Below, piece after piece: positions 53,802-64,000 of a DNA stretch of 64,000 bases. The stretch is from positions 6,046,483-6,110,482 of the forward strand of contig SMSO01000032.1 of NCBI GenBank assembly GCA_004764695.1, written 5' to 3'. The stretch is from Schizochytrium sp. TIO01 (Eukaryota > Protista > Bigyra: Labyrinthulomycetes). Both the position numbers and the translations under genes were made by a program. Every line of letters begins with the position of its first letter. Within the stretch, counting starts at the first letter, position 1. The notes below the pieces were generated by a model that was not told where the DNA came from, did not search any database, and saw nothing but the letters and a program-made list of their open reading frames with translations.

Positions 53802-56528
53802 ATGTCGCTGCTATGGCGCACATTGACATGTGGCTGCTGCTGCTGCTGCTGCTGTCATGGTTCTGCAGAAGTGACGGAGTATCAGGGCATGGACGAAGCA
53901 CGATCTCGCACTGCGCAAGGCTCGAGGCCGCCTGCGGAAGCTCTTCGCGAGAAGTGGATCGGGTTCCTGGAGGCTATGACTCTTGGCAGGTCCAAGGGGT
54001 ATGACATGGATACAACTGCATACGTGTTCCAACTCATGTTGCGGATGTATGCGCACAAAGTTGTCGTACACGAGCTAGAGGCACTCTACAGCTACAGACC
54101 AGAACGCTTCATCTTCTTTGTGCCACAGTTTGTGAACTTCGCTCTTCACGGAGCTCAAGATTCGAATGTGGAGGCGCTTGAGGAGTTTTTGCTGGATAAA
54201 AGCGCAAATTCTCTGCGATTTGCGCACCGCCTCTTCTGGTTTGTGAGATCATTCTCGCCATCAGATGTAAACGGAAAGCTCATGGAGAAGGCAGAAGCCC
54301 ACGCTCTCATGGCCTGCGAAAGTCTTAGTCCTGTTGCGGGGCTTGCCACAGTCGATGGAGTCTTTGGCGAGAGCGCCGCAGGTCTCTTGGCCACTCTCGA
54401 TGAGAAGGCAACTACAATCACGAGCCCGAATGGATCATTTCGTTTCGAGCTCGTTAAACCTTTGCCAAGACTAGCGCAGGGCCCGCCGCATGTTCTTGGT
54501 GTGAGTGAATTTCGATGGGCAGTGGCATTCTTCGATGAACTCACACATATGGGTGGTACCCTCTCGGCGGCCCCGGAGCCCACTCGCAATAGGCAGTTGC
54601 GAGCGACGTTGAATTCTCTGCAGTCAGATTTTTTGCCTTCTGATGTGATGTATCTTCCTATTGGCAAGCGACCCTCCCGTGTAGTTGGAGTTGTATCCAG
54701 TGAATCTTTCTGCTTTAAAACAAATACACGTGTGCCATACTTGGTGTGCCTCGAGGTTGTTGATGACCCAGGAAGCTACGATGATGATATAGATGAGTAC
54801 GAACACCTGAAGCAAAATAAAGACCTTTTGAGAAGAGACAGCAGTGATCTTGGTGGGCGAATCAAAGAAACGCTTGGTGAATGGAAAAATAAGTTGGCAA
54901 GGCATATCTCTACCTCGTCGCAGCACATGGGTTCAGGAGGTATCATGCTGAAAACATTTTCACGGGTCGAAAATGCTGATGACTACCAACGTGCGGCGGA
55001 TACTCCTGAAACGGCAGATGATATTGTCAACCCTATTCATGCTGAGGGAACCTCGCACTTTGAACAAATGGATGACATAAATGTTTCTGGCGAGCATTCG
55101 AAATTAGGTTCTGGAGCAGGACTTGAGGATGACGACGCCCTAGGCCAATGGACCCCGAAAGAAGTCCCTGCGGGGGATTTGCCAGGGGGTGGGCGAGGTG
55201 CTGGTTTCAGCCACTTTGTTCATCATCAAGACTATGATTTTGAGGACCAACGAGATTTCGCCCGCGAAAGGCTGGCGCAACAGCACAGCAGAAGTCCGCG
55301 CGCGTCGCTTGGATCCTCTGTGGACGGATATTTTGTTGATGTTGATTTGCAATCAGATACAATGGGTAAAAAATACACTCCAGCCCGTTCAAGATCGTTC
55401 ATGTCTGAGGATAGTTTTGCACGGGCAATCGACGAGTATCATGGCGGATCCCTCAAGGATGCTCCTGATGCAATTCTGCCAGACACGGAGTCAGCTGCGG
55501 ACGCCGATGCCAAGACTGTGGATGATATCAATGGAGATTTGACAGAGATCACTATCCAAGAAAATGGAATGAATAATGATTTGGTGAACGAGGCTGATGA
55601 TGAGGATGATGAAGAAGATGAGGGCATAGCCCCAGCTCAAACTGTAATTTTCCGTGAGCGTTGGGCCGATAAAACAAAACGGATTGCTGCACAGAGTCGC
55701 TGGAGTCATCTCCCGAACTGGCGAATAGTACCTATTATTGTAAAGAGTGATGATGATCTGCGCCAAGAGCAGTTTGCAGCTCAGCTTATCGCACTCTTCG
55801 ACTCAATTTTCCGAGAGGACCGTTTGCCGCTGCGCTTACATCCTTATGATGTTCTTGCAGTCTCTCCAGATAGTGGCCTTATTCAGGCCGTACCAGACAC
55901 TATTTCTCTAGATTCCTTGAAGAAAAATGACACGGACTATACTACACTGCGCAACTTTTTCATTCGCTATTTTGGCCGACCTAAATCTTCTTCCTTCAAA
56001 CGTGCTCAATCAAACTTTTGTGAGTCCCTCGCTGCATACTGCATTGTGTGTTATTTGCTACAAATCAAAGACCGACACAATGGCAACTTGCTCTTAAACG
56101 CAGAGGGGCACATTGTGCATATTGATTTCGGATTTCTGTTGACTTCGCAAGGCCCAGGTAACATGAATTTCGAGCGCGACGTACCTTTTAAGATCACTTC
56201 TGAATTTGTCCAACTCTTGGATGGACCAGACTCGGCTCTCTTTCGCAGATTCCGGACTTTATGTTGTAAAGCTTTTTTAGCAGCGCGTCAACGCCGCGAG
56301 CAATTCATATTGATGATCGAAATGATGCTCAGTAACGATGCTGACCTCGACTGTTTCCAGGCAGGTGGCGAAGAAACTATTCGCCAGCTCAATGAGCGTT
56401 TTCAAGTTGGTAAATCAACTGCTGCCTGTATTTCTTTTGTCAATGATTTGATTGATGTCTCAATTAACCACTACCGCACTTGGCTCTATGATGTGTACCA
56501 ACGTCTTGCTGTTGGCATTAAGTATTAG
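53802..56528 (+). CDS. Phosphatidylinositol 4-kinase type III beta (Pik1-like)
   Basis: Helical domain (FFVPQFVN...FAHRLFW), split N-lobe (FKTNTRVPYLVCLEV ... IVKSDDDLRQEQFA), SLAAYCIVCYLLQIKDRHNGN, HIDFGF, C-terminal YDVYQRLAVGI. Confidence 0.96.
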   Translation: MSLLWRTLTCGCCCCCCCHGSAEVTEYQGMDEARSRTAQGSRPPAEALREKWIGFLEAMTLGRSKGYDMDTTAYVFQLMLRMYAHKVVVHELEALYSYRPERFIFFVPQFVNFALHGAQDSNVEALEEFLLDKSANSLRFAHRLFWFVRSFSPSDVNGKLMEKAEAHALMACESLSPVAGLATVDGVFGESAAGLLATLDEKATTITSPNGSFRFELVKPLPRLAQGPPHVLGVSEFRWAVAFFDELTHMGGTLSAAPEPTRNRQLRATLNSLQSDFLPSDVMYLPIGKRPSRVVGVVSSESFCFKTNTRVPYLVCLEVVDDPGSYDDDIDEYEHLKQNKDLLRRDSSDLGGRIKETLGEWKNKLARHISTSSQHMGSGGIMLKTFSRVENADDYQRAADTPETADDIVNPIHAEGTSHFEQMDDINVSGEHSKLGSGAGLEDDDALGQWTPKEVPAGDLPGGGRGAGFSHFVHHQDYDFEDQRDFARERLAQQHSRSPRASLGSSVDGYFVDVDLQSDTMGKKYTPARSRSFMSEDSFARAIDEYHGGSLKDAPDAILPDTESAADADAKTVDDINGDLTEITIQENGMNNDLVNEADDEDDEEDEGIAPAQTVIFRERWADKTKRIAAQSRWSHLPNWRIVPIIVKSDDDLRQEQFAAQLIALFDSIFREDRLPLRLHPYDVLAVSPDSGLIQAVPDTISLDSLKKNDTDYTTLRNFFIRYFGRPKSSSFKRAQSNFCESLAAYCIVCYLLQIKDRHNGNLLLNAEGHIVHIDFGFLLTSQGPGNMNFERDVPFKITSEFVQLLDGPDSALFRRFRTLCCKAFLAARQRREQFILMIEMMLSNDADLDCFQAGGEETIRQLNERFQVGKSTAACISFVNDLIDVSINHYRTWLYDVYQRLAVGIKY

Positions 56529-57067
56529 AAGGTTCATTAAGCAACCTCTGAAGTAAAGAAAATAGTCATGAACTGACTTCAACCATCTCAAGCCTCCCGG
56601 TGCATCTCTATGAAAAGACCAAACCGTCAGCTCGATTTTCAAATAGAGACTTGACAAGAAAATGATAAAATTTTAATCCTGTGACTACTGTTGTTATATG
56701 TTGTCGTCCTGTGTTATTTATTCCTCTCGTCTTCACTGTCTTACTTATGTACTTAGTCGAGTATTATATATTTCACGGAAAATCCTTCTTTTCTGTGCTA
56801 CTCGTGCACACTTACATTGATCATCTTGATATTCTTCCTACCGCATGCAAACAATATACGATGATCCCCTCCTTCCCCAAAACAAAAATCAGCTTTCTGG
56901 CAGACCCAGACATGGAATCCGATACCCCAGCCTACTCAAGTGTGTTCAAACTTTTACAGTATTTTGCTCGCTTTACTTGGCTATTAAAACTTTGTTGATG
57001 GGCAAGTTTATCGTCAACATAAATGTCATCAACTTGCTTGCAAAGTCAACAGTCAAGTAAATATGTT

Positions 57068-57526
57068 CTACTCATTTGTCTCGCTGCTGACCTCCCTCAA
57101 CCTGTCAATGACACCCATGCAATTCCCATTGATCCACTTAACGGCATCCTTCCGGGCTTTGACGATGTCTTCATCTCCGCGCACTGCATCAAGCACATAA
57201 AAGACCTCCAGGAGCTTCGTTTCTGCACCATTCACACGCAGTTGGAATTCTTCTTGGTGCTTTACATCAGAATTTGCCTCAGTTTCATCAACCAGTGGCT
57301 GGAGATATTCCTGACGTAGTTCCTCAGCTCTCAATCTGAGTTGTACGATACGCTGCAAGTGTTCTGCCTTAGCACGCGCCCTTTTGCGACCTTCAAGATC
57401 GCCATCCCAGGCCATGCGACCAGCCCAGGCAAGCTGCTCCCGCGCTAGCCATGCCGTGCCCACCGCTACGAGGGCGACACTCACCCAAGTGAGGATCTGT
57501 GCCGCATTCAGGTCTGATGATGCCAT
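57068..57526 (-). CDS. Small membrane-anchored BAG-domain Hsp70 co-chaperone
   Basis: N-terminal TM helix (ILTWVSVALVAVGTAWL); BAG signature (ETKLLEVFYVLDAVRGDEDIVKARKDAVKWIN). Confidence 0.82.
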   Translation of the reverse strand: MASSDLNAAQILTWVSVALVAVGTAWLAREQLAWAGRMAWDGDLEGRKRARAKAEHLQRIVQLRLRAEELRQEYLQPLVDETEANSDVKHQEEFQLRVNGAETKLLEVFYVLDAVRGDEDIVKARKDAVKWINGNCMGVIDRLREVSSETNE

Positions 57527-57958
57527 TGTTGCTGGTTCCTGGGGAGTTTTAAATTATGAGGTCGCGAGCGTGGTCAGATGGACGCGCAGGCGAATGTGTG
57601 AATGAAAATGAATGGAATATGGGCCTAATGGTATGTAGGGTAGTTTCTAAAAATTGGTCTAAAAAGGGATCCAGAATTGAGGAAGAGTAATCGTAGCTAG
57701 AATATACTGCATTTGAGCTGCGAACGTAAAATTTAATCCATATGTTTTTCTTATCTCTTTCATGGGTGGAATGCGCTAGCCTTTCTTGAATATCATGGTA
57801 CCATGGTAGTGTGTCGCATGTTTGCAGCTTAGTCCATTTTCTTCATTTTACTTGTTCATCCGTCTGTACAAAGCTCACCATGCAAGATTAACACCGAGCG
57901 GTTCATTTGGTGCACACTACCCAAGAGAGCAACAGTAGTTGCACAGTCAGAAAGAGAC

Positions 57959-58351
57959 TTAATACCGGACTTGAATAAGCATTTGATTCTCTCTCGTACA
58001 TGTCCGGTGCCAAGAATCTATATTGGCCAACTCCACTCCATAAACTATCATGACATCAGTGCTGGCTATTTTTGATGGAAAGACGAGAGCGCATGCACTA
58101 AATACTTTAATGTCAATGTGGATAGTAGAGTTGAGAGCACATGCCCTAAATACTTTACTACCAATGTGAATAGTAAAATTGAGAGCGCATGAACTAAATA
58201 TCTTACTGTCAATGTGAATAGAAGAATTGAGAGCGTAGGAACTACATATTTTACTATTGTTGTAAAAAGTAGTAGGAGCTAAATATTTTACTAGTATCAA
58301 TATGAATAGGAACGATAGAATAATCATCAAAGAAAGAGGGGGAAAGGACAT
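57959..58351 (-). CDS. Putative small protein with a hydrophobic N-terminus and 16-aa Cys-containing tandem repeats
   Basis: ATG 58351 (MSFPPLSLMIILSFLFILILVKY); this minus-strand frame stays open through the 48-bp repeats, whereas the plus-strand frames I translated hit stops. Confidence 0.4.
   Translation of the reverse strand: MSFPPLSLMIILSFLFILILVKYLAPTTFYNNSKICSSYALNSSIHIDSKIFSSCALNFTIHIGSKVFRACALNSTIHIDIKVFSACALVFPSKIASTDVMIVYGVELANIDSWHRTCTRENQMLIQVRY
58085..58260. repeat. 48-bp minisatellite, about 3.7 degenerate copies
   Basis: Units begin GAGAGC at 58085, 58133, 58181 and 58229 (gagagcgcatgcactaaatactttaatgtcaatgtggatagtagagtt-like). Confidence 0.92.
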
Positions 58352-58535
58352 ATTGACCAAAAACTTCAAGAGAACTACGAGTTTACAATTTTCGCAAAGC
58401 AAACCCTCAACTCGAATCACCTGAGTAAACCTCAAGCAGTACTAGTTAGTATTAGTCCCACTGCAATCAGGGCGAATCACCTATTGATCGTTTCCTTTTA
58501 GCCTTCATTCAAGCAATAACTTCAAGTCCGTGGCA

Positions 58536-59396
58536 ATGATTTTATACTCTCGTGATTTCGACTATGATCGCAACCTGCCTGTGCTGTTGGTGGAAATCGC
58601 CAGAGCTTACTGTCCATTTGTTGCTCCGTTTGTGGAGTTATTTGCTACGTGGGTGAATGAGAATATTTCAAACGAAACGGTGTTCTTTGGAACGGTGCTT
58701 TTCATTGTTATGCCCAATATGACGTCTCGTGACCCGAGGACACGTCTATTGGCTCCTATTCCCTTCTGTCTGTACGGCATGAACGCAATGTCTATGTTGC
58801 TGGATGCGAAAATAGTGCGGGGAGATGATCATGAGATTATTGAGACTGGCGACCAATATCTTGTTGTGGATGTGAATAATGGTCCCCTAGAGCTGGTGGT
58901 TTATTTCACTATTGTAGTAATGTTTTACATTGTCATGTATAAGTTGTTGTACCCTGGCGTCGAAGGTTGTGTAAGTACATCATATACTTATATCGCATCA
59001 TTAATTTGGAATGCATTCTGGATGGTTGTTGCTCCCAAGTACAGGGGTGCTTACGCATTGTCCGAGTTTGGTATGCATAACTTCCTTACACTGATCAGTA
59101 TCTGTTTTGGCATAGTGTACTTCTTTGCAAGTCTTGTCAATTTTTGTAAGAGATACTGTGACAAGACAGGACTTGCTCTTGTATGTGGTGGGATGATATA
59201 TACATTTGCTCAGTTTCTACGTTCCATCGATGCTAATGAGGGTCTGTACTCATTATTTATCATCTCGACGGCGCTTTTGATGTTCAAGACCGATAAAATT
59301 AAGGAGAACTGCCATGAGTTTTTTTGGCCAGAGGAAGTGGCGGAAAGGGAAAGGGAACGGCGAGAATTTTACGGAATTACTAGAATTAATAGATAA
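58536..59396 (+). CDS. Orphan multi-pass membrane protein (about 7-8 hydrophobic segments)
   Basis: 286-aa ORF from ATG 58536 with alternating hydrophobic stretches and a charged C-terminus; followed directly by an (AATC)n/AT-rich 3' region. Confidence 0.75.
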   Translation: MILYSRDFDYDRNLPVLLVEIARAYCPFVAPFVELFATWVNENISNETVFFGTVLFIVMPNMTSRDPRTRLLAPIPFCLYGMNAMSMLLDAKIVRGDDHEIIETGDQYLVVDVNNGPLELVVYFTIVVMFYIVMYKLLYPGVEGCVSTSYTYIASLIWNAFWMVVAPKYRGAYALSEFGMHNFLTLISICFGIVYFFASLVNFCKRYCDKTGLALVCGGMIYTFAQFLRSIDANEGLYSLFIISTALLMFKTDKIKENCHEFFWPEEVAERERERREFYGITRINR

Positions 59397-59397
59397 G

Positions 59398-59425
59398 AAT
59401 CAATCAATCAATCAATCAATCAATC
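59398..59425. repeat. (AATC)7 microsatellite
   Basis: Perfect repeat just after the stop codon at 59396. Confidence 0.95.
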
Positions 59426-59765
59426 AGAATATATTTTTCATTGTTTTTTATAGAGGAATATCCCTTGAGTAGTATTGCTAGTAGTGTTACGTATGATAGT
59501 GCGAGAATGAACGCTGTTCCTATTGAAATATATGTTGGCGGAGAGCACTTCATCAACGTAGTAACGTAGTATGAGGGGGGGCGTTGGAAAAAGACGACAA
59601 AAACACAAGGACAAATGCTGTTTTGATTAATGTGTTGTTGGTTAAGAAAACGAACAGAGTCTTTGCTAGTTGCAAATTACATGTGTAGCGCTTGAGATAA
59701 GTATTTCGAATACTCGCTCCATGTTTCATCACCTATCAACTATTTTGATGAACTGTGAAAACTCT

Positions 59766-62306
59766 TTAGAACCCACTAGCGCCGAGCTTGTCAAGCCACG
59801 CATCTTGAAGGTCATCTTCATTAAGGCTTCCAGAGAGCGATGAAACAAGGTCCAAATCCTGATCTGCAAGTAGGTCTTCAAATGTTTGGCGAGACTCGGC
59901 CACAAGATCTGCAGCCATTTTCGCTGCGATTCCTGAGCTAGTTTCCGAGTCTTCTCTGAAGACTCGGCCAGATGCTCGCTTTGCACGCGAAGCCCCTGCT
60001 TCCTTGCGTCCACGATTGCTTGGGCTTGCTTGCCTCGCATGCCCCCTAGGATGATACGAGCCTGATCTTGGGGACGAAAGAGAATCACTTGCTTTGTAAC
60101 CCCGATTTTGCATTCCGTGTAGTCGCTCAGAAGGGTTTACTGCATGAATAGGTTCAGCAGTGGGAGGTAGAGATTCTCTCAGCGAAGGTTGTCGGACGGT
60201 TGTGTGATTTTGTTGGTGTGATTCTACATTCAAGGCATGGCTAGTTATAGCATACTCAGAAACTTCGTGGTTTTTGGAATCTCCAGTACGAGAGTTTCGT
60301 GATTTGGGTTTCGAAGTATGCAATTTTTTACTCCCTGACACATCGCGGCCCTCATTGTATCTCATAGTTAAAGGGCTGTCGGATGAATCATCTGGAGATT
60401 TCGCCAAGGCACTGTTTGCATGCCTTGGTGAAGGGTTTACAATAACGATTTTCTCTTGTATCTGACCCGAGCTTGAGTGATCCAGCTGTTTTAAAGCGTG
60501 GTGAGCACGTCCAATCACGCCTCTATTGGCAGACGTGTTAATCTTTGTACTTTGAGTAATAGCAATGGGCGAAGGAGCTCCATCAGATGATGAGTCAGAT
60601 ACATTGGACCTTGAGTGATCAGACTGCCCTGACGCAATAGAAGAGGCTGCTGATGATGAAGATGAAGAGGGCGAGGATGAAGACTTGGACGAAGAGGCTA
60701 CAGACGACGAGGAAGAAGACGTAGATACGGATGCAGCACGCGAAGGCGCTACGGGCGGAGATGATGGTGATCGAGTTGCAATGAATTCGCGAGCTTCATC
60801 GTTTGCAATTTCGGGAAGCATGTTTTGCAACGCTGTATTTTCTGTACTAATATATTTCGGCGTAGCAGCAGAAAGCAAGGCTCCCACTGACGATGAAGCT
60901 ACCGAAGATGAAGGTGACAACAGCTCATCAGCCGCCTCAGAATCCTCTGGAATTTGGTGTCCTGTCATGACTGATCGCGGGGATGAAGATTCAGGAAGCT
61001 CATGCGTATTCAACCAACGAGAAAACTTCGCGCTGAGGATGTCTTCTTTTGTTGAAGTGTTTAAGGAAGCTTTGTCACGGGCACGTGGTGATGCTGGGTG
61101 CGTATGGGTACGTTTATCATAAAACTCAGACTTTCGTTCGTACAACGCATGCGACTCTTCATCCTGCTGCTCTGGGCCACGTGAAAGTGTGCCTTGGCGA
61201 AAAACGGAATCCCAATTCACTTTGCCAGAGCCAGGTGGGGACCTTGGGGCAGAGATATCCATATCAGGTCCACAAGAACCGCGGTTTGGCCCAGTGTTAG
61301 GGCGAGAATGAGACGAACGAGGACGGCGTGTATCTGTTACTGCACCATCAACATAAGTTCCGCTCGCGTTACCTCCATTTCCTGGCCGAGACGATCCCAT
61401 ATGGGCGCGAGAGCTAGCAAGTCTATCTGGGCGATTCAGTTCACGGTTCAACTCAAGTAACTTAGCCTCAAGACGAGTAATATAGTTGTCTTTTTTGCGC
61501 GCGTCTTCCTGAAGGCGTTCGTTTTGTTCAAGTAGATAATGAACCCTTCGCACGGCTCCAAGAAGTTGTGTGTGTTTGGACGAAATAAGTTGCTCGAAAT
61601 CACGCATTTTGGCACTGTTATCTTTTCTTGACTTCAGCTTACTAGCTGTGAGTTTTTCCACGCGGGTTTGGAGTTTCTTAATATCAAGTTGAGCTTGTCG
61701 CAAGCGTGCCTTGGTTGTTTCAAGTTCTGTTGCGTGAGAAGCTTCCACTTTGTAGGCTTCAAAGTGTTTAGGTGGTTCACTGAGGCGTAGCATTTCGTTT
61801 TTGTCTCCAGGTGCAGCGTTATTGAGCCTATCATAAAATGACTGAGCACGGTTCATCCGGTATTTCGATTGTTCCGTCTCACGCATGGTTTCAAGCATGA
61901 GCTCCCTCACACCTTGGGTGGACGTTTCTAGGTCCGCTGCTCGTTTCACTGCTGCATCTCGAGCAGCGTGGCTTTCCTCAAGCGCCTGTTCAAGAAAATC
62001 CGCGCGATCATTGGCCTCCGCAAGCCTCCTCGTGAGCTGCACAAACTCATTATTGTAGTCCTTATTAATACCCACCAAACTCAACAACGCGCTGTCATCC
62101 TCGTTTTCCTTCACCTCAATCTGCGTGTTTGATGTTGCCAAAGAGTCATTCCTGTCATGTCTTTTGCTTTCTCCAGTCCTGCTTCTCGTGCTGCTCTTTG
62201 CGGATATTCTTGAAGCGCTCGCTTCGCTTTGTGCGTCAGAGAGAAGTTTCGCAAGCTCCTTTTGGGTGCTCTTTATGGCAGAAGCCGCTGTTGTCAGGCG
62301 CTGCAT
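59766..62306 (-). CDS. Uncharacterised coiled-coil protein with a long Ser-rich disordered C-terminal region
   Basis: About 846-aa ORF from ATG 62306. Heptad regions (LTRRLAEANDRADFLEQALEE; LLEQNERLQEDARKKDNYITRLEAKLLELNREL), poly-Ser tracts, acidic amphipathic C-terminus. Confidence 0.82.
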   Translation of the reverse strand: MQRLTTAASAIKSTQKELAKLLSDAQSEASASRISAKSSTRSRTGESKRHDRNDSLATSNTQIEVKENEDDSALLSLVGINKDYNNEFVQLTRRLAEANDRADFLEQALEESHAARDAAVKRAADLETSTQGVRELMLETMRETEQSKYRMNRAQSFYDRLNNAAPGDKNEMLRLSEPPKHFEAYKVEASHATELETTKARLRQAQLDIKKLQTRVEKLTASKLKSRKDNSAKMRDFEQLISSKHTQLLGAVRRVHYLLEQNERLQEDARKKDNYITRLEAKLLELNRELNRPDRLASSRAHMGSSRPGNGGNASGTYVDGAVTDTRRPRSSHSRPNTGPNRGSCGPDMDISAPRSPPGSGKVNWDSVFRQGTLSRGPEQQDEESHALYERKSEFYDKRTHTHPASPRARDKASLNTSTKEDILSAKFSRWLNTHELPESSSPRSVMTGHQIPEDSEAADELLSPSSSVASSSVGALLSAATPKYISTENTALQNMLPEIANDEAREFIATRSPSSPPVAPSRAASVSTSSSSSSVASSSKSSSSPSSSSSSAASSIASGQSDHSRSNVSDSSSDGAPSPIAITQSTKINTSANRGVIGRAHHALKQLDHSSSGQIQEKIVIVNPSPRHANSALAKSPDDSSDSPLTMRYNEGRDVSGSKKLHTSKPKSRNSRTGDSKNHEVSEYAITSHALNVESHQQNHTTVRQPSLRESLPPTAEPIHAVNPSERLHGMQNRGYKASDSLSSPRSGSYHPRGHARQASPSNRGRKEAGASRAKRASGRVFREDSETSSGIAAKMAADLVAESRQTFEDLLADQDLDLVSSLSGSLNEDDLQDAWLDKLGASGF

Positions 62307-64000
62307 GGCCGTTGACGCCCTCGCCGTCGACCGCACAAACACCAGACGCACAGTTCAAGCCCGCAATAGCTGCCGGCCTTCTGAAACGTCCTCGTCAGTG
62401 ACAAGAGCTCCGTCGCCGCCACCGCGCACTGCTGTGCTGCGACGGAGTCCAACTTCGAGATGGTCTGTTATCCGCTATAAATTTATAGAGTTCTTCAACT
62501 TCAATCAACATTAATCCTATTATATACAGATACTGTTATATACACCATATATGCTGTTTTAAAAACATTTTGAAACATTTATTTAAATTAAAAAATTAAC
62601 AATGAATTATTTTAAATAGAAAGAAGAAAAACCAGAATGACACAAAGTTAAAAAAATAACCACCATTTCCAGGTCTGACTTATTCACGATCAAGACTGCT
62701 CCAAATGAACTTAGAGCAGGGGGCGGAACGCGGTATTTTTAAGGAGTGTTCACCACCATAACAAGGCAACATCCACGCAATCCCCATCGTATTCTTTTGG
62801 CTCAAGAAGAGGGAAACCGGAAGGACACAATGTGTGTGTCTCTCGGCTGGGTCACTATACCGTTTCATTTGGTCAGCCAAGATGGAGCTCCATTGTTGCT
62901 ACTGCTGCCGCTGCTAACTTGTATTTCTAGGTTGTGAAACCTCGGTTTTCACGATTGAATAGGGAGAAAGGGGCCTCTGGGGTCGTGATGTATGTAGGTA
63001 TTTTGCTAGAGTTGGAATCTGTGCTGGCGATAGAGGTCGAGGGAATGACAGTATATGCGACCGTTTGTACCAGGATTGATTGGATTGTGATGATTTGATT
63101 AAACCTTTACGAGCAAGAAAAAATATCGTCGTTGGGGCAAAAGGGGGCTGTGACCAGAGTCACTAACAAAGGGTGAGATTCACAATTATATGTACTCTAA
63201 ATTAGCTTTCATCTACGAATCGAAGTTGCTGTTAAATTTTCTTCCTCGCGGACAATTGGCTTAAGGTGCATGAAGAGGACGACTGAAACAATTTTTGGGG
63301 TCGATCAGTGTTGTATGCTTGTCGTTGGTGCTGGTGTTGATTAAGAAGTCGCCGTCATCATTGTTAGCTTGGTGTGATTACTTGTTTGTGTATGTAATGT
63401 AGTATCTGTTTGTCTATCTGTCTGTCTGTTAAAGTCTGTACCTAATAATAGCCTTGTGTTCTAGAGCAAAGGATTTAGAGTCAGAAATAGCGTCAGAAAA
63501 GAAAAGAGATCGAAAAGAAAAGAGAAAAACTATATGGAAAGGAGTTCAAGATGGAAATGGACGGTGAGGAAGAGCGCGAGAAGGCAAGGGCATAAAGAGA
63601 ATAAAGAAAGCTAAAAAGGGATCCGCAGGTCCTTCTCTCGACGGAAATCTGTAATATGCAAATACCCCTCTAAGCACGGTTGTCCGCAATTGGACCAAGT
63701 GTGCCACTAGGGACCTAGACCAGGCATTGACGGCCATTGTCATGCCAGGGCTAGGATGAAGCAATTTAGAAAGGGATACAACAAAGTAATGTTGCCGTTA
63801 CTCGTATATCCCCCTTCAAGATTTCGGCTGATGAAGTTGTCGCTTTTATAACTTCCTCCCTAACTCCTCAATTCATGCACATACGACACCCCGTCCCTCT
63901 CCCATACTGTTTCATACTCATTTGATGAGCCGCATCAATTTATACCTTTTTAAATGTTGACTTGAGGAGAGGGATGAGGGGTTGTTTTTATTGAAGAAGA

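Noticed and set aside
58190-58192. TGA in place of TGC in a plus-strand repeat frame (selenocysteine idea)
   Set aside because: No SECIS-like element or redox motif; the minus frame explains the repeat better
62400-64000. Short ORFs at the window end
   Set aside because: All short, mostly with non-ATG starts, in low-complexity intergenic sequence

Overview
Eukaryotic genomic DNA, not prokaryotic. Genes are single-exon or intron-poor with GT-AG introns, and the AT-rich intergenic spacers carry many microsatellites. Gene style suggests a stramenopile, probably a thraustochytrid/labyrinthulomycete (inference only). About 18 protein-coding genes are supported: Sin3 (5'-truncated by the window edge), an intron-containing orphan, a tandem cytochrome-b5/MAPR protein, SDH3/SDHC, a PDIA6-like isomerase, a ModF-like TM-less ABC ATPase (1 intron), an ATG14/UVRAG-family protein, STT3, Nup160, a large EF-hand + PhoD-like protein, a WW-WW/WH2-like protein, an unconventional myosin, glutaminyl-tRNA synthetase, PI4-kinase III beta-like, a membrane-anchored BAG protein, a small 16-aa-repeat ORF, an orphan polytopic membrane protein and a coiled-coil/Ser-rich orphan. 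I found no rRNA, tRNA, CRISPR array or intact transposon. No operon-like novel system can be proven from the sequence. The best leads are unusual protein architectures: a myosin with an SAH-PH-Zn ribbon-PX-like tail lying next to a WW-WW-WH2-acidic candidate actin regulator, a poly-Cys PI4K, a tandem MAPR, and a possibly mitochondrial ModF. A 22-bp phased upstream motif and several decayed coding-like islands are also worth checking. All domain calls are by motif recognition; no database search was run.
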